64,000 nucleotides of DNA from Deltaproteobacteria bacterium (GTDB taxonomy: Bacteria; Myxococcota_A; UBA9042; DTJE01), in contig JAKPOP010000015.1 in the NCBI GenBank assembly GCA_029547805.1, positions 21,556-85,555 of the forward strand, read 5' to 3'. The translations under genes and the position numbers were made by a program. Shown one piece after another: positions 54,239 to 61,662 of the stretch; positions within the stretch are counted from its first letter, which is position 1, and the number at the start of each line of letters is the position of its first letter. The notes beneath the pieces are model-generated. The model was not told the origin of the DNA, did not search any database, and saw only the letters and a list, made by a program, of their open reading frames with translations.

Positions 54239-55060
54239 TCAGACGTCCAGGTCCCGCAACAAGCCCATCAGTTCCCGCCGCTCCAGGGGGACCGGCAGCG
54301 GCAGGTCCGGGGGCAGCGGGGCCCGGACTGCCTCGGCCAGGGCACGGAACCGCTCCGCCGCCTCGCTGGTCGGGGCATCGTCAATCACGGTCCGGTTGCG
54401 CCGCTCTGCCTCCCGGACCTCGCGACTCCAGGGAATGAAGCCGAGCACCCGGGCCTTCAGGCGCCCGGCAAAACCCCTCAAGGCCTCCTCGATGGCCGGG
54501 TCCAGGGCCTTCACGTTGAAGACGATCCCTGCGAGTTGCACCCCGTCGTCCACATGGTTCAGCAGGGCCTTGCAGACGTTGTTCGCGGCGTAGAGGGCCA
54601 TCGGTTCCGCCGAGGCCACGATCACGACCCGGTTGCCCAGGCCGTAGCGCAGGGGAGCCACGAAGCCTCCACAGACCAGGTCCCCCAGGACGTCGAACAA
54701 CGCCACGTCGTACGGCCACGAGAGGAGATCCCGGGCCTCCAGCCAGTCGAAGAGGTTCGCGACGCCGCGACCCGCGCACCCGACCCCCGGGTCCGGGCCC
54801 CCGATCTCGATGGTGTCCACCCCCGTGGGCCCGGGCACGATCACCTCGTCGGGACGGCGCCTGTTCAGGGACCGGTCCGCGATGAAATCCAGCACTGCCG
54901 GGCCCTCCCGGTCCCCCCGCAGACGAAGGGACGAGTCCATCTTGGGGTCGCACCCCACGTGGAGCACCCGGAGCCCGGCCTCGCGCCACGCGGCGCTCAG
55001 GTGCACCGCCACCGTGGACTTGCCGATTCCCCCCTTGCCGTAGAGCACCACCCGCAACAT
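54239..55060 (-). CDS. NifH/BchL-family ATPase (nitrogenase-like reductase component 2), copy 1
   Basis: MLRVVLYGKGGIGKST (P-loop), GCDPKMDS (switch I), GGPDPGVGCAGRGV and FDVLGDLVCGGF (the two [4Fe-4S] Cys ligands), and YAANNV. The start is at Met 55060. Confidence 0.9.
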   Translation of the reverse strand: MLRVVLYGKGGIGKSTVAVHLSAAWREAGLRVLHVGCDPKMDSSLRLRGDREGPAVLDFIADRSLNRRRPDEVIVPGPTGVDTIEIGGPDPGVGCAGRGVANLFDWLEARDLLSWPYDVALFDVLGDLVCGGFVAPLRYGLGNRVVIVASAEPMALYAANNVCKALLNHVDDGVQLAGIVFNVKALDPAIEEALRGFAGRLKARVLGFIPWSREVREAERRNRTVIDDAPTSEAAERFRALAEAVRAPLPPDLPLPVPLERRELMGLLRDLDV

Positions 55061-55079
55061 CCGCCCGTCCCTCCCGGTC

Positions 55080-56375
55080 TCAGAGCGGGGTTCGAAACCC
55101 GCGCACCAGGGCCGCATCCCTCCACTGGGACGCCTCGACCAGCCGATCCGTGAGCCACAGCGCCCCCTCGAATCCCAGCCAGGGCTCCGGCCGCGTGGGA
55201 TGGCGCAGGAAGTTCGGGTACCCCAGGGGAAGCAGCCCCGGAACCGGCAGCGGATCCGGGAAGGCCGTCGATGCGATGCGCAGGTCGGCCTCCGGCTCCG
55301 GAACCTCGTCATGCGGCGCCTCGAAGACCCAGGAGCCGTCCACCACCGGGTCCCCGTCCAGGTGCTCCCGTCTCCCCAGGACGTCCACGAGCACCGTCTC
55401 CACCCCCAGGTCATCCAGGAAGTCCCGAAGTCCCCGGACCAGGAAGGGGTCCCCCTGGATCACCGCCTGCCGCCCGTGCAGGAATCGAAAGGCCCGGTCC
55501 CGGACCAGTGGCACGACCCGGGTCAGTTCGCGGTCCAGGAAGGTCTCGCCCGTCTCCCGCAGCCCCAGGGCCTCGGCGACGGCCCGGACAAAGGCGCCGG
55601 TCCCCCGCAATCCCACCGGGAGCGGGGCCTGCACGCAGGGAACTCCCAGGCGTCCCGCGAGGATCCGCCCCGCCGCCCGCCCGTATGGAAGGGTCACCAC
55701 CGCCGAGGCCCGCCCCGCCCGGGCCAGATCGGTGACCAGGCGGCCGTCGAGCCACAGAGAGGCGATGTCCGCCCCGACACCACGAACGAGCCGGTAAATC
55801 TCGTCGACGTTGCCCAGGCAGTCCCCCTCCCGCCGATCCATCAGGTGCCCCACCACGGCCACCTGCCCCGGCAGCGGTCCCCCAGGGTCCAGGTCCAGGT
55901 CCGCCGCCAGCCGCTCCAGCACCCGGGAGTGACCGTCGATCCAGTCCGCCTCGAGGGACTCGGAAGGGACCCGGACCACCCGGGCATGCCCCTTCGCCTG
56001 GGCCCGCCGGCGATGCTGCTCCAGCGGCTCGTTGAGCAGGTGGTTGAAGTCCATGCTGGACACGACGACCAGACGAAAGCGGGGGTCCTGGGCAGCGCCC
56101 TCCAGCACCTCGCCGATGTCGCGGCTGCGGTTCAAGGCCATGCTGGGAACGACGCTGGTGTTGAACCGGATGTCGGTGTGGAGCAGGCGACCGGGCCCGT
56201 CGGCCCGCACCAGGTCCGAGGCGGGGTCGTGGGCCATGTGCAACTCGGCCTTCTGGACCAGACAGTAGGGACCGTCGACCACGAGGGCCGCGTCCCGGAT
56301 GGCGCTGACGGCGAGGTAGAGTCCATTCAGAAACGGGAGGTTGTGGGGGATCGGGGGCCGGGAGGCGCGAGTCAC
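55080..56375 (-). CDS. Nitrogenase component-1-like subunit, small (431 aa), copy 1
   Basis: It is a paralogue of 61663..62967 and has an Oxidored_nitro-like architecture (VVDGPYC..., VAVVGHLMDRREGD..., LPYGRAAGRILAGRLGVP...LPVGLRGT). The GTG at 56375 overlaps the upstream stop (GTGA). Confidence 0.75.
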   Translation of the reverse strand: MTRASRPPIPHNLPFLNGLYLAVSAIRDAALVVDGPYCLVQKAELHMAHDPASDLVRADGPGRLLHTDIRFNTSVVPSMALNRSRDIGEVLEGAAQDPRFRLVVVSSMDFNHLLNEPLEQHRRRAQAKGHARVVRVPSESLEADWIDGHSRVLERLAADLDLDPGGPLPGQVAVVGHLMDRREGDCLGNVDEIYRLVRGVGADIASLWLDGRLVTDLARAGRASAVVTLPYGRAAGRILAGRLGVPCVQAPLPVGLRGTGAFVRAVAEALGLRETGETFLDRELTRVVPLVRDRAFRFLHGRQAVIQGDPFLVRGLRDFLDDLGVETVLVDVLGRREHLDGDPVVDGSWVFEAPHDEVPEPEADLRIASTAFPDPLPVPGLLPLGYPNFLRHPTRPEPWLGFEGALWLTDRLVEASQWRDAALVRGFRTPL

Positions 56376-58498
56376 CGGGCACCTCCGGCCAGGTAGGTCG
56401 CAAAGGCCCGCAGAGGCAGGTGTTCCGCTGCCCGAAGCCACCGTTCCAGGGACCTCCGGGCCCCCTGGAGGCCCATCTCCAGGTCGTGTTCCGAAAAGAC
56501 CCCCTTGCCGGCCCGGGTGACCCGGGGGTCGGCGGTGAAGTGGGAATAGACCAGGGAGACATCCTGCGCGGCCATCTTGCGAGTCAGGTCGTCGGGGTCT
56601 TCGAAGAACTGCATCGACAGGCGTCGGGCCAGGGGGTGACGTGCCAGTCGCTCCTGCAGGAAGGCCGGGTCATTGCCCTCGGGCCAGACCAGGAAGCGAA
56701 CCAGGAAGCCCATCTCCAACAGCACGTCCAGCATCGAGAAGGCATTCACCGGGGTGGTGTCCAGCAGGAGGTCCAGTTCCTCCAGGTCCGTCACGAAGGC
56801 CAGCACATGGCCCGAGGCCCGTCCTCGCAGGGTCTCCCAGGCATCGCGGCTTCGCTGATCCAGGGTGTCCACTGCCTGGAGCGCGGCCTCCGGATCCGGG
56901 AGATGACGAGCGACCTCCCTCAGCCAGGCCAGCGTTCCCTCCCGTCCGAACGGGGCCCGGGGGCGCACGAGCCGCACCGGAAGCCCGTCGAAGGCCAGTT
57001 CGGAGATGTCCGACAGGGCCGTCTGGCGGGCCCAGACCAGCACCGAGGCCTCGGCGATTCGTTGAAACTCCTCCCGGCCCACCCGGGGGAGCACGACCCC
57101 CAGGGGTCTGGCACCGATGGTTCCTGTGAGTTCCAACAGTTCCCTGTCCTCTTCTGAAGAACCACCGCCCAGCACCGCGACTCCCCGGGGGTCCCGCGGG
57201 GCCTGGGCGGGAGCCGCGGCCTCCAGGCGATCCCGGAGGAGGCGAGAGGTGTAGCCCCCGAAGTCGTTGGCCGCCCCCAACCAGTAGAACCGGGCCCGCG
57301 TCCTGGCTGCGGCCTTCCGGAACAGTGGCACAGGATTGTCCCCGATGACGTCCGGCAGGCACCCCGTCATCAGCACCACGGCGTCGCGGTCCGGATCCGC
57401 AACGGCTCCCTCGATGGCCTGCTCCAGTCGCCGCATCGTGTGGCCAGCCAGCACCACGGGTCCATGGAGGTCCGTCATGCGGACGTCGCACTCCCGGTGC
57501 CAGCCGCCGACCTGGACGTCCCGGCCATAGCGGAAGAAGGTCCCGTCCGGAGGAACCCAGGGGGACTCTGAGAAGACGCACTCCCGGGACTCGTGGATCA
57601 CCAGCGAGTCCTTGGGCCCCGGCTGGAACAGGTTCACGATGCAGCGGCTCAAGGGATAGTGGAAGCGCCGCCAGCGATCCGTGGCGTCCCAGCGCCGGAT
57701 GAACGCCTCGTGGCGAACCCGCGGGTAGAAGCGCTGGAGGTAGGAGTCCGGGGCCAGCGGAGGCGCGGCGGAATCCTGCACCGGCGGGTCCTCGACGCCC
57801 CCCGGGGGCACCCGGAGGCGGGCTCCCCGGACCAGCAGGCGGGCGACGGCGAAGCCGGCCAGGCGCTCCGGCTGTTCCGCGAGGCGGCCCCGTTCGCCTG
57901 GAGGCCGAGGATCCTGGACCACGCGAAACGACAGTTCCCGGAGGCCGCAGAGGCGAACTCCCGGCGGGTCCCCGGGAACCCGGATCGGCGCCAGGCGGAA
58001 GACCAGGGGAGGTTGGTCCGGCTGCTGGAACCGGAACTCCAACCCGTCCGGCACCGGACGAAAGAGGTCCACCAGCCGGTAGGTCCCCCAGGTGGTCACG
58101 CCGGGGATCAACCACGGGGACAGGACCGCGGCCCATGTCTGCTCCGTGAACGGCAGAACGGCCTCCTCCCCAGGGCCCCATCCCAGGAGGGGCTCCGTGG
58201 AGGCCAGTGCCGCCAGGCGGTCCGGGAAGTCCCCCAGGTCCTCGGGGGCGAGGTCATGGAGCCAGAGGAGGCCCGGCAGTCCCGGATGGGACAGCGACGG
58301 GTCCACCGGAACTCCAGGGGGAACCCATCGCACCGCGGCCCGTCGCCCGGCTCCCAGGAACCGGAAGGTCACGGAACCGTCCCGCTCCAGCAGGACCTGG
58401 CGACAGGCCATGCCCGGAAGCCCCAGGCGATCCGCCCAGAGGGGCAGGCAGTCCCAGAGTCCCGGCGTCCCTTCCGTTCCGCGAGGCGGTTCCTGCAT
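56372..58498 (-). CDS. Nitrogenase component-1-like subunit, large (708 aa, with a ~297-aa N-terminal extension), copy 1
   Basis: The C-terminal ~410 aa has NifD/E/BchN-like motifs: VIHESREC, RECDVRMTDLHGPVVLAG and VLMTGCLPDVIGDN. I chose the start at Met 58498 (MQEPPRG); the ORF extends to 58687. Confidence 0.75.
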   Translation of the reverse strand: MQEPPRGTEGTPGLWDCLPLWADRLGLPGMACRQVLLERDGSVTFRFLGAGRRAAVRWVPPGVPVDPSLSHPGLPGLLWLHDLAPEDLGDFPDRLAALASTEPLLGWGPGEEAVLPFTEQTWAAVLSPWLIPGVTTWGTYRLVDLFRPVPDGLEFRFQQPDQPPLVFRLAPIRVPGDPPGVRLCGLRELSFRVVQDPRPPGERGRLAEQPERLAGFAVARLLVRGARLRVPPGGVEDPPVQDSAAPPLAPDSYLQRFYPRVRHEAFIRRWDATDRWRRFHYPLSRCIVNLFQPGPKDSLVIHESRECVFSESPWVPPDGTFFRYGRDVQVGGWHRECDVRMTDLHGPVVLAGHTMRRLEQAIEGAVADPDRDAVVLMTGCLPDVIGDNPVPLFRKAAARTRARFYWLGAANDFGGYTSRLLRDRLEAAAPAQAPRDPRGVAVLGGGSSEEDRELLELTGTIGARPLGVVLPRVGREEFQRIAEASVLVWARQTALSDISELAFDGLPVRLVRPRAPFGREGTLAWLREVARHLPDPEAALQAVDTLDQRSRDAWETLRGRASGHVLAFVTDLEELDLLLDTTPVNAFSMLDVLLEMGFLVRFLVWPEGNDPAFLQERLARHPLARRLSMQFFEDPDDLTRKMAAQDVSLVYSHFTADPRVTRAGKGVFSEHDLEMGLQGARRSLERWLRAAEHLPLRAFATYLAGGAR

Positions 58499-58755
58499 TG
58501 TGCTGCACCCCGAGCCCGAAGGCAGTCTATGCCCAGGGCCCGCGCCTATCAAGGCGACCCCGCGATGTCGGGCCCCGGACCGACGCGCGACAGGAACCTC
58601 CGGGTGTTGGAGGAGAATCCCATCCACGACACCGCCATCGTTCGAGGCGGCGGGTCCCCCTCGCGGTTCGATGGCCCCCAGGGCCACGGCCGAGGATTCC
58701 GGGTCTCGTTTCGCCGCGTCCGCGAGTAGAATCCTTCCGCACCGGGGAGGCTCCG

Positions 58756-59586
58756 ATGCGAGAGATCGTGATCGCCGGCAAGGGGGGCATCGGCAAGTCC
58801 ACGCTGGTGACCAACCTGGCCGTGCTGGCGGCCCGGCGGGGCCTCAAGGTCCTCCAGGTGGGCTGCGACCCGAAGCACGACTCCTGCACCCGGCACTTCG
58901 ACCGACGGTTGCCCACGGTGATGGACCTCTTCAAGGAGAAGGGCCGGGTGGACCGGCAGGACATCGAGGGCATCCTGGCCCAGGGCCGCACCGGGGTCTT
59001 CGGGGTCGAGGCGGGGGGACCCTCCCCCGGGGAGGGCTGCGCCGGGAGGGCCATCTCCCTGCTGCTGGAGTTCATGCGCAGCGCAGGGGACCTCTTCGAC
59101 CGCTTCGACCTGGTCCTTTACGACCTCCTGGGGGACGTGGTCTGCGGGGGCTTTGCCGCCCCGATCCGCCGAGGCCCCGACACCGCCATCTATCTGGTCA
59201 CGTCGGGAGAGATCCTGCCCACCTACGCCGCGAACAACATCGCCCAGGGCATCCGGAACCTGTCCCGGCGCGGGGGCGGACGCCTGGGGGGCATCCTGGC
59301 CAATCTCCGGGGGACTCCCGGCGAGCGGCAGATCCTGGAACGCTTCGCCGCGGGTCTTGGCACCCAGGTGACGGGCTGGATCCCCCGGGATCCGGCGGTC
59401 TTCGCCGCCGAGCAGGCCCGGCGCACGCTGATGGAACACGCCCCGGACTCCCCGGCCGCCCGGGCCATCGAGGCCCTGGCCCGGAGGATCCTCGACGAGC
59501 CGCCGGACCTGGTCGTGCCGACCCCCCTGGAGGAGGAGGCCTTCGAGGCCCTGTTCTCGCCCTGGCGGGAAGGGGAGGTTCGATGA
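58756..59586 (+). CDS. NifH/BchL-family ATPase (nitrogenase-like reductase component 2), copy 2
   Basis: MREIVIAGKGGIGKST, VLQVGCDPKHDS, GGPSPGEGCAGRA, YDLLGDVVCGGFAAPIR, SGEILPTYAANNI and RLGGILAN. GGGGAGG is upstream of ATG 58756. Confidence 0.9.
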   Translation: MREIVIAGKGGIGKSTLVTNLAVLAARRGLKVLQVGCDPKHDSCTRHFDRRLPTVMDLFKEKGRVDRQDIEGILAQGRTGVFGVEAGGPSPGEGCAGRAISLLLEFMRSAGDLFDRFDLVLYDLLGDVVCGGFAAPIRRGPDTAIYLVTSGEILPTYAANNIAQGIRNLSRRGGGRLGGILANLRGTPGERQILERFAAGLGTQVTGWIPRDPAVFAAEQARRTLMEHAPDSPAARAIEALARRILDEPPDLVVPTPLEEEAFEALFSPWREGEVR

Positions 59587-61655
59587 TGCCCCTGGACCAG
59601 GTCCTCCGACGGCTCGTGCAGGCCCTCCGGGATCAGGGGATCCCGGCGACCTGGGCCGCGCCGACACTGGCCGGACATCTGGTGGTGGCCATCGAGGCCC
59701 CCGGGGGGGGCTGGAGGGCCGTGGTGTCCATCCGCCCGCCCCGACCCTCGGAGGGCGTGGTGGCCCGGGTCGGGGATCTGTTCCTCCGGGGCATCGGACC
59801 CAAGGAAGGCCCGTCGCCGGCCGACTTCCAGGGCTTCGTGGCCGCCTGGCGCCGGGTTGTCGCGGGGGACCTGGCCCCCTTCCTGGACCTCCACAACCGG
59901 GAGGTCCGGGAGGTGGAGGCGACCCCTGCAGGACTGTCGCGGCTGCTGGCCTGGATGGTCCACCCGGGTGCCCCGTTGCTGACGGGCTGGGTCCTGCGGG
60001 AGGTCCGGCGGGCCCCGGGACCTCGACCGCGCCTGCTGCTGGAGATGGCCCGGGAGGGGCAGGAGACCCCGGAGGTCCTCCTGGCCCTGGACCCCGAGGG
60101 GCCCGAGGGACCGGAGGAGGAGGTCCTGGCGACACTGCCCCTCGGGCTGCTGGTCCGCCGGGTCGCGGGGGCGACCGCCGCTGCAGACCGGGATCGGGTC
60201 CTGGCCGAGTCGGCCCTGGTCCTTGTCCTGAGGATGTCGATGCCCGCGTCCCTGCGATGGGGTCCCTGGCCCGCCCCGGAGAACCCGGCCCCCCGTCCGC
60301 CCGCAAGGCGCCAGGACGACACGCTGATCGTCCACAGCTACCGCACCGACCACGAGTGGCACGTCCCCCGGAGTCGCTTTTTCGGCACCTGGGGCGACAA
60401 GGACTGGTTCATCCTGCTGGCACTGCTCGACCGCCCGACCATGAACGTCTTCCACGGAAACCGGGAGTGCCAGCAGGTCCGGCAGCCCCTCAGCGACCGC
60501 TTCGCCCACGGTGCCAACCCCTTCCACCCCTCCCGTCGCCACTGGGCCTGGATGGTGACCCACACCCGATTCACCGACACCGACGACCGGGCGGCGATCT
60601 TCGGCGGCGAGGACCGGCTCCAGGGCCTGCTGGACCGGATCGAGTCCGAGGGCCCCGGCCAGGAGGTCCGGGTGCTGGTGGGCTGCGATGCCGAGGTGGT
60701 CGGGGACGACGTTCCCGGGGTCTGCCGGATGGTCCGATCCGAGGGACGCAACGTCGCCTGCTTCAACCCTCCCCTGCCCCGCTTCACCGATGCCTCCGAC
60801 CGGAACTGGTGGCTGCAGTTCCTGCAGGACCGGGACCGGGGCGTGGCGCCGGAGCCAGGAACCGTGAATCTGGGGGGATTCCAGTGGCCTGATCACCCGG
60901 CCATGGCAGAAACGGAGGCCCTCCTGGCCCGGGTTGGAGTGCGGGTCGCCTGCCGGATGCTCCCGGGCCACTCGCCCGACCTGCGGACCGCCGTGGGCGC
61001 CGGCCAGGTGACCGTGCTGTCGCCGTGGTTCCCGGTCCAGGAGGTGCTGGGGTCCGCCCTGGCCCAGGAGGGACTGCCGTTTCAGACGCTGCCGCTGCCC
61101 TACGGGGAAGGGCCGACCCGGGCCTGGCTGGCGGCGACGGCCCGGGCGGCGGGACGGGATCCCCCGACAGAGGCCTCCTGGGAGGACATGACGCGCCCCT
61201 GGCGGTCGGCCCTCGACGAGATGCGGATCCGGGCTGGGAAGGTCCGGGTCGCCCTGGTGGCCGACTGGGGCACCGCGACGGAGATGTGCGACCCGGCCTT
61301 CTTCTTCGGGCTGGACCCGCTGGCGTTGCTGCAGGACCTGGGCTTCCCGGTGGTCGTGTTGGGCCGGGAGGCCCACGACGTCGTGGAGCGGACCCGAAGA
61401 CAATGGCCGGAGGCGCGCCTGGAAGCGGTGGAGATGGACCCGGTCCACGGGGATGTCGTCGCCCGGGTCCGGGAGGTCCGGCCGGACCTGGTCTATTGCG
61501 ACCGGGAGGATGCCACCGCCGTGAAGGCCGTGGGCGCGGTGCCCTTCGGCATCGGGGACCTGGAGCCGGGGCTGGCCGGGGCGACCCGGACCCTGCGTCG
61601 GCTCCTGGCGAGGTCGGGGCTCCAGATCTACCGGCGCTACCCGGTCTGGAAGTGA
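59583..61655 (+). CDS. Nitrogenase component-1-like subunit, large (690 aa, with a ~286-aa N-terminal extension), copy 2
   Basis: VFHGNREC, FTDTDDRAAIFGGEDRL (compare the NifD TTD..E.DIVFGG motif) and VLVGCDAEVVGDDV. There is an ATGA overlap with the NifH-like stop. It is a paralogue of 56372..58498. Confidence 0.75.
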   Translation: MMPLDQVLRRLVQALRDQGIPATWAAPTLAGHLVVAIEAPGGGWRAVVSIRPPRPSEGVVARVGDLFLRGIGPKEGPSPADFQGFVAAWRRVVAGDLAPFLDLHNREVREVEATPAGLSRLLAWMVHPGAPLLTGWVLREVRRAPGPRPRLLLEMAREGQETPEVLLALDPEGPEGPEEEVLATLPLGLLVRRVAGATAAADRDRVLAESALVLVLRMSMPASLRWGPWPAPENPAPRPPARRQDDTLIVHSYRTDHEWHVPRSRFFGTWGDKDWFILLALLDRPTMNVFHGNRECQQVRQPLSDRFAHGANPFHPSRRHWAWMVTHTRFTDTDDRAAIFGGEDRLQGLLDRIESEGPGQEVRVLVGCDAEVVGDDVPGVCRMVRSEGRNVACFNPPLPRFTDASDRNWWLQFLQDRDRGVAPEPGTVNLGGFQWPDHPAMAETEALLARVGVRVACRMLPGHSPDLRTAVGAGQVTVLSPWFPVQEVLGSALAQEGLPFQTLPLPYGEGPTRAWLAATARAAGRDPPTEASWEDMTRPWRSALDEMRIRAGKVRVALVADWGTATEMCDPAFFFGLDPLALLQDLGFPVVVLGREAHDVVERTRRQWPEARLEAVEMDPVHGDVVARVREVRPDLVYCDREDATAVKAVGAVPFGIGDLEPGLAGATRTLRRLLARSGLQIYRRYPVWK

Positions 61656-61662
61656 GGTACCG

